A DNA stretch of 64,000 nucleotides, from assembly GCF_963921235.1 (NCBI RefSeq), contig NC_086097.1, positions 87,236,001 through 87,300,000 on the forward strand. Reading direction: 5' to 3'. The translations under genes and the position numbers were made by a program. Under the pieces are notes generated by a model. It was not told the DNA's origin. It searched no databases and saw only the letters and a program-made list of their open reading frames with translations. The stretch is from Mobula hypostoma (Eukaryota). Below, piece after piece: positions 50,708 through 62,599 of the stretch (within the stretch, counting starts at the first letter, position 1; the number at the start of each line of letters is the position of its first letter).

Positions 50708-51912
50708 TCTATCAGTGCAAGGAACCGTGTGTGAATATCATTCCGGACCTACACAGTCAATATTCCCACAGAATGTCCCCCACAACATGCCAGCAGTTCC
50801 AGCACCTCCTCAGCAAGTCCAGCCAGCCCCAAAGCCAGCCGCCAGCCAAGCACAGCCAGAATCACACCACCAGCAACTCGCCCACCTCCCAGCCCCCCAG
50901 CAACTCAGCCGACTCACAACCCAGTGCTTGCAAATAGAGAGAAGGTGTGTATTTGTAGATTTCCCAATACTGTTGTTTGTACAGACTGATAGACATAGAT
51001 TGAAGTAAAGCAAAGCATCTTATATTAAAGGCATTAACTCTGAAACTAAACTACCCAGGAGTGTCTGGTACAACAATGTATTAAAATGGCATGATATGCT
51101 CAGATCTTAAAGGTACATATGGGAGTGAGAAAATTTGAATGAGTTATATTCAAGGCACCTTTAAAATATATACGTAGTCCAACCAGAGAGCAATTGCTGG
51201 ACCTAACTGTGGGAAATGAGGGCACACAGATAAAAGGTGACTAATAAACTAATCAGAAAAGATAAAAACTCACCACTTCTTAAATCTACCTATATGGATT
51301 GCTTTTCTGCATGTTAAAGAAGGTTAACCAACCAGGGAAAAGAGCATGCAGACTGACAGGCAAGTGATGTCATTCCTATGTCTAAAAGGGCCACGCAATC
51401 AGTCCAGGAAACTAAAGACCAGTGATTAGTGAGGTAATTGAATTTATACTCATACATTTGTAAGGAAAACATTTAAACCATAATGAGCAGTTAGCAAGGA
51501 TTGAAAAGAAGGCATGTTTGACCAAGCTAATGAATTATTTAGCAAAGTAAGAAAGGATAGATACGGGTAACATAATGGATGTGTCACAGTCCCGACTGTT
51601 AATTCACCAGAGTTACAAAATACACGTGGACTAAGATGTTAACTGTCCTGTGCTATCACCAGTGGGATCATCAGTTGATCTGCCACCTGTCTTCAGGAGT
51701 TTCGGCCCGCTTATGATCAAGACTCCCTCGAGGTGGTGGGCCAGCAGTGCTAAAGCACAACCTCCCACTGGTGAGCTTAAAAACTTGGCATCTGCCTCTA
51801 TCAGAGTTGTTGGTCACTTCCATCCAACAGATAGTCTGCACTTCAGGTGTCTATGCAACTACTGAAGGGTTTGCAAGATATGTATTAATTTTCTCTTAAT
51901 TCCTTTTGATTT

Positions 51913-52395
51913 TGTTACAGTCCCAACCATTAATTCCCCATTTTCTCCTAATTCCCTTTGATGGCGACTCACCTGGTTCTCATCAAGACCTGCAGCATAA
52001 AAACCCCCAGCTTTGCATCCACTCATTGCCAGATTGTTGTTTTAGCTAGTGTGGTGAGTAACGTTCCCAGCTGCTTAGGATTGTGTATTCTAAGTTTTAC
52101 TTCAGTACCGAGGTTTACCTGTGTAACTCCGTCTCTCTGTGTCAAGATAAGGATTCTAAGATTTACTTCAGTACCGAGGTTACCTGCTTAACTCTGTCTC
52201 TCCGTGTCAGGAAAAGTATTGTCTTCCGTTTGCCTTTCTATGCTCCATGTCAAGATAAGTTCTGCCTGCCTCCTGCTTTCCTGTTCATCCTCCTGTTTGC
52301 CGTTCAGCTCCAGCCACTCTCACACCCTCATCTGCATCCTAACTCAATCTCCGTGCCAGGGTCCTGCGTTTGGGTTCGCCCTGTTCCTTGCAACA
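51913..52395 (+). repeat. Gypsy 5' LTR
   Basis: TGTTAC...GCAACA; colinear with 55462-55944; internal duplication of about 60 bp. Confidence 0.93.
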
Positions 52396-52411
52396 GAACG
52401 ATCTGGTCACC

Positions 52412-53450
52412 ATGGACACAGCAGACACAAATACGCTTCAACAAGCCCTCGCCAGCCAGGGTTCCCTTCTGGGACAGCACGACCAATTCCTCCTGAAGGT
52501 CATGGAGAACCTCTTCCCTGTCTGCTCACGTCACACAGATAGGTAACCAGGTGGGCCGTGTCTCCACTCATTTCACTCAACCCACTCCTGGAACCCTGTC
52601 TAGCCAGCCCAGACTGCCTGTAGTGGCAATCCCTCGCATGTCAGCAACACCCCCGCCAAGAGAGCCTCACGTACCTGAGCCGGAGTACTACGCGGGAGAT
52701 TTGGGGAAGTGCTGGGCCTTCCTCCTCCAATGTTCCCTGGTGTTTGAACAACAGTCATCAACTTACTCCACGGATAAGTCCAGGATTGCTTGTATCATGG
52801 GGTTGTTACGGAGAAGTGCATTAACATGGGCCACAGCAGTTTGGGATAACCAACTGGATACCTGCTCCTCTTTTGCCACTTCTATCAAGGAAATGAGAAA
52901 GACCTTTGACCACCCCGTCCATGGTAAAGACACCGCCAAGCGCCTACTCATTCTCCGCCAGGGCTCATGCAGTGTTGCCGAATATTCCATGGAGTTCCGG
53001 AAGACAGCGGCTGACTCGGAGTGGAATGACGAGTCAGTCCAGGTGGTTTTTCGGAATGGACTCAGCAACATGGTAAAAATCAAGTTGGCGGCAAGAGACG
53101 ACACCGACAACCTGGATTCCCTGATCTCCCTAGCCACCAGGTTGGACAATCGCCTCCGTGAACGCCATAGAGGAAGAACTGGTCGTCCACCACCTTTGGC
53201 CACTCCTTGGCACTCATCACCACCTCCTGCCAGAACAAGCCTCTCTCCTCCTTCTGCCCTCAGAGTAGCTCCCAGCCCGGCTGTTTCCACCGCCCCGGGA
53301 GAGGAACCTTTGCAGCTGGGACAGAACTGCCTTTCTCCCGCTGAACGACTCTGGAGATTGAGATCCGGTGAGTATCTATATTGGGGCCAGTCCGGTCACT
53401 TCCTTGCCACCTGTCCTCTTTGGCCAAAAAAGGGAAGGCTCACCAGTAGC
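52412..53450 (+). pseudogene. Gypsy gag (retrotransposon gag, degenerate CCHC)
   Basis: MDTADT.. start; PEPEYYAGDLGKCWAFLLQC, LRQGSCSVAEYSMEFR, FRNGLS, YLYWGQSGHFLATCP. Confidence 0.88.
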
Positions 53451-55387
53451 AGGGGGGACCCTAGTGAGCCAGACAACGTTCCCTTCTGTCCCCCGATCCC
53501 GGATGCAACTTCAAGCCGCTTCGTGTTACAACCAACAGTCCGTGCCTCTGTTAGCACTAGTGGACTCCGGCGCAGAGGGAAACTTTTTGGATGAAAACTT
53601 AGCTTTCCAAACCAGAATTCCTCATGAGCCATTGTGTACCCTGCTGGAAGCCCGGGCACTGGACAGTAGACTTTGGCCCGAGTTACACACTGCACGGAAC
53701 CCCTGCTTCGCCTTCTCTCCAGAAGCCATTGGGAACAGGACTCAATTTAATTTCCTCTCCTCAAGCCCCTATAGCTCTTGGTTATCCTTGGTTAAGCCGT
53801 CATAACCTCCACATCGACTGGCCCACCGGAAAGATAGTCAGCTGAAGCTCGTTCTGCCATTCCACTCGTCTACAATCAGCCCTTTCCCCAGTGGAGGTCA
53901 CCGCGACCTCGTCTGCCTCTGAGCCCCCTGACTTGTCCAAGGTTCCTGTGGAGTATCATGATCTGGGAGAAGTGTTTAGCAAGCAACAGGCCCTTTCCCT
54001 GCCTCCACATCACCCTTACAATTGCTCTGTTGAACTTCTCCCTGGAGTCTTACTACCCACCAGTCGGCTGTACAACCTGTCCCGACCAGAAAGAGAAGCA
54101 ACGGAGACTTGCGTAAATGACTCCCTCACGGCTGGCATTATCTGACCCCCATCTTCTCCTGTAGGCGCAGGTTTCTTCTTTGTGGGGAAGAAAGACGGCT
54201 CACTCCGCCCCTGCATTGACTACCGTGGCCTGAACAATATCACCATAAAGAATAAGTATCCCCTGCCCCTTATCAATTCAGCATTCGAGCCCCTTCACAG
54301 AGCCACAATTTTCTCTAAGTAGGACTTGCGGAATGCCTATCACCTGGGAGGGGGATGAATGGAAAACAGCTTTTAACACCCCCCTTGGTCATTTTGAATA
54401 TCTGGTCACGCAGTTTGGTCTCACCAATGCCCCTGCCATCTTCCAAGCCCTGTTAAATGATGTCCTTAAGGACTTTATTAACCATTTTGTTTTTGTTTAT
54501 TTGGTTGACATCTTAATCTTCTCCCGTAATCTTCAGGAGCACACCCACCACGTCCGTCAGGTCCTTCAGAGGCTTTTGGAGAATAAGCTATTTGTTAAGG
54601 CAGAGAAGTGCGAGTTCCATGCCCGGAACGGTTTCCTGCTCATCATTGAGAGCGAGCAGGTGAGGGCAGATCCCGAAAAGATCCGTGCGGTGACAGAGTG
54701 GCCAAAACCCACAATGCTCAAACAACTTCAGCGATTTCTGGGGTTTGCAAACACCTACCGTCGCTTCATCAGGGACTACAGCCGGATGGCAGCACCCCTT
54801 ACTCAGCTCACCTCTCCTGCGACCCCCTTTCACTGGAGCCCCGAAGCAGACTCAGCCTTCTCGGAGATGAAGAGGCATTTCACTTCCACTCCCATCCTGG
54901 TCCAACCTGACCCCCCTCGCCAATTCATTGTGGAAGTCGATGCCTCCAACTCTAAGGTGGGAGCAGTTCTCTCCCAATGCTCCATCCCAGACCAAAAGCT
55001 CCATACCTGCGCCTTCTTCTCTCGTCGTCTATCCCTCTCAAGAATGAATCCAAGAAACTCGCCCCTCGTTATATTGGACCATTCAAAATCGAGGGCCTCG
55101 TCAACCCCTCGGTGTTCAAACTCAAACTGCCCCGATCTATGCACATTCACCCCACGTTCCATGTCTCTCAACTAAAACCCGTGTCTGTCAGCCCTTTGTG
55201 CCCTCCTGCTGAACCTCCTCCACCCACCCGGGTCATCGACGACGACCCAGCTTACCCCGTCCGGCGAATACTGGATGTGCGCTGCCAAGGCAGGGGTCTC
55301 CAGTACCTGGTCGATTGGGAGGGATATAGTCCTGAGGAGCACACCTGGGTTCCCTGCTCCTTCATCATGGACCCTTTCCTCATCTGA
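53450..55387 (+). pseudogene. Gypsy pol remnant: protease, RT, partial RNase H, integrase C-terminus, chromodomain
   Basis: [95 protein letters not shown]. Confidence 0.92.
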
Positions 55388-55461
55388 GATTTCCATTGTG
55401 ACAATCCGGACAAGCCTGGTGGTTCGCCTGGAGCCTCCCGTTTGGAGGGGGGGGGAGGTAT

Positions 55462-55944
55462 TGTCTTGGTCCCGACCATTAATTCCCCATTTTCTCCTAA
55501 TTCCTTTTGATGGCGACACACCTGGTGCTCATCAAGACCTGCAGCAAAAAAACCCCAACTTTGCATTCACTTGTTGCCAGATCGTTGTTTTAGCTAGTGT
55601 GGTGATTAACGTTCCCGGCCACTTAGGCTTGAGAATTCTAAGTTTTACTTCAGTACTGAGATTTACCTGCATAACTCTGTCTCTCCGTGTCAAGATAAGG
55701 ATTCTAAGATTTACTTCAGTACCGAGGTTTACCTGTGTAACTCCGTCTCTCCATGTCAAGAAAAGTATTGTCTACCGCTTGCCTTTCTAAACTCCGTGTC
55801 AAGATGAGTTCTTCCTGCCTCCTGCTTTCCTGTTCACCATCCTGGTTGCCGTTCAGCTCCAGCCACTCTCACACCCTCGCCTGCATTCTAACTCAATCTC
55901 CGTGCCAGTGTCCTGCGTTTGGGTTCGCCCCATTCCCTGCAACA
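55462..55944 (+). repeat. Gypsy 3' LTR
   Basis: TGTCTT...GCAACA directly after the G-rich PPT. Confidence 0.93.
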
Positions 55945-56687
55945 GGATGTAATCCATCCAGCGTCACAGAATATCTTTGATAAGGTACTGCATATGATAG
56001 TCATAACTAAAATTGAAGCAGGTGGACCTGGAGTATAATTTGCAACATTGATTGCAAGGTACTTACAAAACAGTAGAGACCAAGGTCTGGAAAAGACAGG
56101 GAAAGGTTTCCCTACCATAATATTTCACACATAACAAAAATCTTTTCAATTCTGGATTTTTAAAAAAATAGTTTCAAAATGTGTGGGTAACTGTAAAAAA
56201 AGGTATGATTAATACTGAGGAGAACTATGACAAAATGCAGGATAAATGGATGCAAATACATGAACACATAACAAAATATATGAACATTTTATTTAAACAT
56301 TGATATCAGCGTGGATGATTGTTGTGCAGCTTCATGAGGCCATGTCCTCCTTCAGAAATAAGGCCTACAAATTAGATTTTATATTAGATTGTATATTCAA
56401 GATCTCCATTGGTTTACAATTTGTTGGTTGTGATCACAATCTATGAGACGCTTCCTTGGTTGTGATTACGCCATGAACATTGCACATGCTTGCTGGAAGT
56501 ACATAGAGCAACATTAATCCTTCAGCTACAATAGTTTTATGCTTGTTGTCTCACATCTGCAATGGCAAATCTAACTAAAAGGAAAAGGAAGCCCTTTTCC
56601 CCCAAAATCCCTCCAATATCTACTGTATGTTCTCTAAAGGAATTCTTAAGTGCTTGTGTGTTGGTTGGGAATTGAGTAGAGGAAACC

Positions 56688-57960
56688 TTAAACACAAGAG
56701 ATTCTGCAGATGCAGGAAATCTTAAGCAACAGACATAAAATATTGGAGGAACCCAACATTTCAGGCAGCATTTATGGAGGGAATAGACTGTCAGCATCTC
56801 CAACTAAGACCCCTCATAAGGACTAGAAAGGAAGGAGGAAGCAGCCAGGATGAGAAGGTGGAGGAAGAGGAGGTGTACAAGTTGGTAGGTGATAGGTGAG
56901 GCCACATGAGAGGGAAGGTGGGTGGGTGGTGGAACAGGGAATAAAGGAAGAAGCTAGGAAGTGATGGGTGAAAGAGGTAAAGGGCTGAAGAAGAAAGAAT
57001 CTAGTAGAGCACAGGGGACAATGGAAAAAGGGGAGGAGAAGAACCATAGGGAGATGAGGAGAAGAAAAGGGGTGAGAGGGTAACCAGAATGGGGAATGAA
57101 AAGGAGGGTAGGAGGGAGAAAATACTGGCAGTTGGAGAAATTAATGTTCATGCCATCATGTTAGAGGTTACCCAGTCAGAATAAAAGTTCTTGTTCCTCC
57201 AGCCTGAGTTTGGCCTCTTCATAGCAGTAGACAATACCATGGACAGACATATCAGAATGGGAATGGGTAGCTACCTGGATGTCCTGCTTTTGGTGTTGGA
57301 CAGAGCAAAGGTGCTCAACAAAGCAGTTCCTTTGTCCTGACAAAGGGTCTCGGCCCGAAACGTCGACTGTACCTCTTCCTGGAGATGCTGCCTGGCCTGC
57401 TGCGTTCACCAGCAACTTTGATGTGTGTTGCTTGAATTCCCAGCATCTGCAGAATTCCTCGTGTTTATGTTCCCCAATCTGTGTCAGGTCTCATTGATAT
57501 GGAGGAAGCCACGCCAGAAGCACCAGGTGCTCTCAGCAAACTCGCAGGTGAAGTGTCGCCTCACTTGATTGCTAGGAGCTCTGAATGGTGGTGAGGGAAG
57601 AGATGTAGGGACAGCTGTAGCACTTGTCACATTTGCAGGGATAAGGCCAGGAGGGGGATGAGTGGGGAGTGATGAGTGGACAAGAAAACAAGAGCATCAC
57701 ATAGGGAATGATAACTAGGGAAAGCGGAAAGGTGTGTTGTGAGAGAGACAGATGTGCCTAGTGGTAAGATCCTATTGGAGATGTCAGAAGTTACGGAGAA
57801 CGATGTGCTGCTACAGAGGCTTGTGGGATGGTTGGTGAGGACAAGAGGAAGCCTATGCCTGTAGGATGGCAGGAGAATGGAGTGAGGGCAGATGTGCGGG
57901 AAATGAAGGAAATGCCTTCTCGTGGGGTGATAGGTGAGGAAATCTCATTGTATTTAATGA
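56688..57960 (-). mobile_element. Penelope-like element 3' part with an inverted pLTR fragment inserted at 57331-57468
   Basis: FVEHLCSV..VATHSHSDMSVHGIVYCYEEAKLRLEEQELLF; insert flanked by GTTCC repeats. Confidence 0.85.
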
Positions 57961-60029
57961 AATTTTGAGGACAACTTCTGAGAGTTTAGATGACAGGGAG
58001 GAATAGATGATTGTTTTGAGCTGTCCCCACCTCACTGCTTCCCATAGTCTCTCAGGGAGCTGGCCCCATACTTGTCTATACACTTTCCTTCAGACCGAAT
58101 AATCAATGGACATGGTTGTGGTAGGTTTGCTGTTGCTGGCAGCAATTGTATTCAAGTTCAAGTTTATTGTCATAGGCATACATACACTGGCATGGAATTA
58201 GTTTTTCTTTTGCAGCAGCAGCTGCATAAAACATAACATAATAAACAAATTACATAAACTTAAATTAACACAAATGATACATCATTTGAATGACACAGAA
58301 ACAGAAAGTGACATAATGACACTACTGCAAGTTGAGGGAAATGTAGTCACCCACCTGGAAAACAGCAACGAGAAAGAAAACACAGAAAAATGAAGGAGAC
58401 CAACATAAACTACAGTCCACATCAATAATCACTTAAGTCTTGAAAACACCCTCCATCAGCATCAATGATAGCAACAGCTGGAACTGAGTCTTTTTGACGG
58501 GAGTGGCCACTGACCACCGGCCCTTCTAAGAAGAGCTGAAATTACTTCCAACAGCTGGCACCAGATTCTCCTGGAATTGTCCCAATGCATAAAATAACAT
58601 GAGAATAGTTTTGACAAAGTAAGCCTGTGAACATCAGATAGGAGCACAAGGTCAAACTCACATCCTTTACTATTCTAGAGCAGATTTCACAGTGCAACCA
58701 AACACTACATGGTTGCTTCATCCTTTCTTCACAACTTTTCCCTCTCCTTGCTCCATAAAATTCCTGCCAATTGCTAACAGACTAGGTTTTTATCACTTAT
58801 TAGTCACTTTCTCAAGACCTACCTATTGGCAGCCTACCATTGGAGCTGGTGGAATTCCCATGAACTCATACAGATAGGCAGCATCTGAATGCCCGTTTAG
58901 TACCCACAATTATTTAAGTAAGATTGAAGTTGTTTCAGGCTTGCCCCAAGTGCCAGCCACAGTCAGCAGCCCTCACAGTCAAGCTCAACCCCTCCTACTC
59001 ATTGTTCATAAATACCAACTGGATGCCAATCTGGAGAAAAAAATCCTGATTTCTCTTCCTTCTTTCTAAGATGTGAATATGGAGGCCAGTTGTAGCAAAA
59101 GAAAAACCGGAGTGCTCTGATTTAATTCCTGTTTCATGCCTGCCACACAATCCCAACCCAGCATTCAAGAGTTACTGAAGAGCCAAGGTTCTGTCACTCT
59201 CATGAATGATAGTCCCATCATAAATAAACTATCAAAAATCATAGATTGTGTGTCTGCTTGTAAAGTTATGCACAATCTAATTTTACTTCAGGCATCACAG
59301 TCGCAATGCTCCAACTTGAATGAAAGAATGTATTACCAAATGTATTTTCTATCTTGCGGAAATATTTTTGACATTTAATGATATTAATAAAACATGCTGA
59401 CACTTTAAAGTGACAGCATTAATAACTGACTGAAAATGTAGTTTATAATCTAACCAGTAATCAAGTTTACCAACTAATGCTGAATAGCTCGAGGTGATTT
59501 ACTAGGTAGGTGAAAAATGAACTGTGTACTAGCACACCAGAGTTTGCTACAATTTCTGTCTGACTGAAAGTGGATTCACACCTTATTCATAAACTATCTA
59601 ACAAAGTGCTATTCTGGAGCGAATCTCAGCCCATCCAGTGGAGGGGTGTTGGGGGAGGGGGTGGAGATTTGCCTTGAGGAGGTGATTGACCTTTAGTTAA
59701 GCTTACATTGCTAGCTTCCTTTACTTCCAAAAATCATAAAAATATCACATCTGTTTGTCATTTGGTTAATGAATTAAATAAAGAACATACACAGATGGAA
59801 TTAATTTAGTTTAAAGAGAGATTTTACACATCACAATGCTCCCCTTTAATATTAGAATAGATATTTTAGCATGATGTGTTAGATCAGGCAGAGGTTTACA
59901 CATTTGTGAAAATGTTTGATGGGAATCAAAAGGCTAGTGAATAGGATAGTCATGTACATCCTCTGCAGCAGCTGTTACATATTGACGGTTGGTGACTGGC
60001 AGATGTCAGATGGAAGATTATAAAATAGC

Positions 60030-60780
60030 AAGATGGAGCTGGCGAGCTACGGTGACGATTTGCAGATAGCTCACAAAACTATGAGGTACTTTTATACTTC
60101 TTCTGAACTGTGATCATTGCAGTCTGCAGCCTGTAGTTTCCCTTTCAATTGTGTACTTTTGAACCAATGAAATGATTTGATGTTTATGTGAAATCCTAAG
60201 GGATTTGGCGAACTAAACCCTTGCGAGTGCAGGTATGGCTGGGGCAGCCATCGCTGGAGATGGGCGCCATGTAGAGATCTGATAGTAGAAGACAAACATG
60301 TGGTCAGCTCCATTTCTCTGCATTGATTCAAGCGTCGAGCAAGATTAAAATCATCGAGGCCAAGAATGGAAAATGAATGAAAGTTCTGCATCATCTGCCT
60401 GTATTTAACCTATCTCCCTCTCTTCTCGCACCTGTCGGGTGGGAGGTCCAGGAGTTTTGGGTCCCGTGCTGCCAGGTCCAGGAGCAGTTGTTGCCCTGCA
60501 GCCATTGGGCTCCTGAACTGGCTTCACTTGCCTCAGTTCTGAAAGGGCTCCGCAGCAGTTTTGGGGATTCTGCAGCTCACATTCCATGTGTTTTTGTTTA
60601 TTTGTTTTTGACTATTTGTGCAATTTGTCTTCTTTTTGCAAACTGGATATGTGGTGGTCTTGCATATGCTTTTTAGTATATTCTAGTGTGTTACTTTGTT
60701 TTGTGAGTGACTGCAAGAAGATACACTCAAGGTTGTATGTGATATACATACTTTGATAATAAATGTGAACTTTGAACTTA
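60030..60780 (+). mobile_element. Rex1-derived nonautonomous element or fragment
   Basis: 'cctgtcgggtgggaggtccaggag...tgccaggtccaggagcagttgttgccc' and tail 'ctttgataataaatgtgaactttgaactt'. Confidence 0.6.
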
Positions 60781-61129
60781 TGATTGACAAACTTTTGACT
60801 GCAGCCTTAATGGGACAGTTTCTAGAGAGGTTAATTCTATCTCGCAAAAGGGAGAGATGTTTGGTACTTTGTCTCCTTTTAGGCTGAATTTTAAAGGCGC
60901 TAATTTAAATTTTCATGGCCTGATTAAAAATGTTTGATATCTCATTAGCCACCTTACTCGATTTTGCACAATACAAAAAAAATTTGAATGATGTGTAACC
61001 CATTGGTTATCACCTATTTTTCACTTGGCAGTAACATTTAAAGTTGCTCTCTCTGCCTCATGTCCAGACTGCCCTCAGTTCTGAAGCAGCTTTTCCTCAT
61101 ATGTTGAAGAAAATTTAAATAATGTCTAT

Positions 61130-61440
61130 GACATCACAAAGTGGTTCACATCCAATTACTTATCTTTGAAGTGTGGTCAATGACAGCTGGTTTGCCCATA
61201 GCAAACTCCCACAAACAGCAATGAAATAATTACCAATTAATCAGTAGAAATGTGGGTTAAGGAATAAATATTGGCCTTAAAAGTGAGAACTTTCCTACTA
61301 TTCTTTCAAGAAATGCCGTGGAATCTTCAATGTCCACCTGAGAGCTTTCAGGGGCTTTATGTTTCATCCAAACACAATACCATTCGATAGTACATCACTT
61401 CCTCAATATTGTACTGAATCTGCAGCTTAGATTTTGTCAT
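61130..61440 (-). mobile_element. Deu-domain SINE (SacSINE1/AmnSINE1-like)
   Basis: 'cccacaaacagcaatg...aaatgccgtggaatcttcaatgtccacctgagag...catcacttcctcaatattgtactg' resembles the reverse Deu domain. Confidence 0.7.
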
Positions 61441-61444
61441 CAAT

Positions 61445-61612
61445 GCCAGCTGAAGCAGGCACAATAACAACATTTAAAAGATATTTAGACAAGTATATGT
61501 AAAGGAAAAGTTTAAAGAGATACAGGAAAATGGGACTAGTTTAGGTGCATACCCTGGTCACCATGGATGTGTTGGGCTGAAGGGCCTTTTTCATGCTGTA
61601 CTACTCTATGAT
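61445..61612 (+). mobile_element. CR1 3' end
   Basis: 'gaagcaggcacaataacaacatttaaaagatatttagac...gttgggctgaagggcc...tactctatga'. Confidence 0.7.
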
Positions 61613-61699
61613 ATTAAGTTTGTCTTTCAACCCACCATATGAATAAGAGCATAAAATTTCATCCACAGAACCTGTTAGCAGCAACATTGGTGTAGAATT

Positions 61700-62248
61700 T
61701 CCCTATAGCCAACCATTTTAATTCCTATACCCATTCCCACATCAACATGTCAGTCCATGGCCTTTACTTCTGCCATGATGAGGCCAGACTCAGGGTGGAG
61801 GAGTAACATCTCATACTCTATCTAGGTAGCCTCCAACTTGGTGGAACGGACATCGATTTCTCCTTTCAGTAATAGTTTTTTCTTTCCCCTCTCCACTCAC
61901 TCTTCCTCTATTCCTCACTTTGGCCTCTTACCTCTTCTTCTCACCTGCCTATCACTTTCCCCTGGTTCCCCTTCTTCTTCGCTTTCTTCCATGTTCCACT
62001 TTGCACTCCAATCAGATTCCTTCTTCTCCAACCCTTCAGCTTTCCCACCTACCTGGCTTCACCTATCACCTTCTAACTTGTCCTCCTTTCTCTCCCCCAA
62101 CTTTTTATTCTGGCATCTTCCCCATTCCTTTCCAATCTTGTTGAAGGGTCTCAGCCCGAAACAATGTTGTCTGACCTGCTGAGTTCCTCCAACATTTTGT
62201 CTGTGTTGCTCTAGATTTCCAGCATCTGTAGAATCTCTTGTCTTTATG
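61700..62248 (+). mobile_element. Penelope-like element 3' end
   Basis: ANHFNS..HSHINMSVHGLYFCHDEARLRVEE*HLILYLGSLQ, pyrimidine tract, degenerate 'tgttgaagggtctcagcccgaaac'. Confidence 0.85.
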
Positions 62249-62599
62249 ATTGGTGTAAGTTTTTACTTTGCTTACTTAAAATAGTGATGGCAAACAGACA
62301 CACAATTTTACATCTCTCTCAATTTGTGTTTCCATTGTCTTCTATGAAGATAAGCACAACAATTCATCACCACACACTTTAAATTTCATTTATAGATTAC
62401 AGATTTCTTTTGAAATTCAACTTGGTCAAGAAAAAGGATTAAGCCCATGGATGCTTCTTCTTCCTATGGACGCTGTCTGGCCTGCTGCGTTCCACCAGCA
62501 TTTTGTGTGTGTTGCTTGAATTTCCAGCATCTGCAGAATTCCTCGTGTTGAAGCTTTAAAGCATCACTATTCTCTTCATGTTCACTAATGAATCACAGA

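Larger units (their letters stand above)
45022..50923 (-). mobile_element. Full-length I-group (Nimb-like) LINE with RNase H
   Basis: 12-bp TSD GTGCTTGCAAAT (45010-45021, 50924-50935); (GAA)n 3' tail; two ORFs in the expected order. Confidence 0.93.
51582..55944 (+). mobile_element. Ty3/Gypsy chromovirus (sushi-like) LTR retrotransposon, internally deleted
   Basis: 5-bp TSD GGATG (51577-51581, 55945-55949); paired 483-bp LTRs; PPT at 55444-55458; gag, PR, RT, partial RH and chromodomain. Confidence 0.95.
43840..56040 (+). mobile_element. Ancient CR1 LINE scaffold split by nested insertions
   Basis: EN-like relic at 43840-44060; 'ccaaccagagagcaattgctggacctaactgtgggaaatgag' (PTRE..LDL..GNE) at 51180; RT relic CLTKLMNY..MDV|IHPASQNIFDKVLH rejoined across the Gypsy TSD. 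Confidence 0.6.

Noticed and set aside
51660..51715. Type II hammerhead on the minus strand (GAAAC...CTGATGA) in the unclassified insert; also a piggyBac reading from the flanking TTAA
   Set aside because: Stems II and I and the UH triplet cannot be formed, and there are no TIRs inside the TTAA sites.
52086..52260. CRISPR-like or functional tandem array
   Set aside because: Only a ~60-bp internal duplication of the Gypsy LTR, present in both LTRs; eukaryotic context and no spacers.
52412..55387. Domesticated sushi-derived gene (PEG10/RTL1-like)
   Set aside because: Has LTRs, a TSD, stops and frameshifts, and YLDD decayed to YLVD: a dead retrotransposon.
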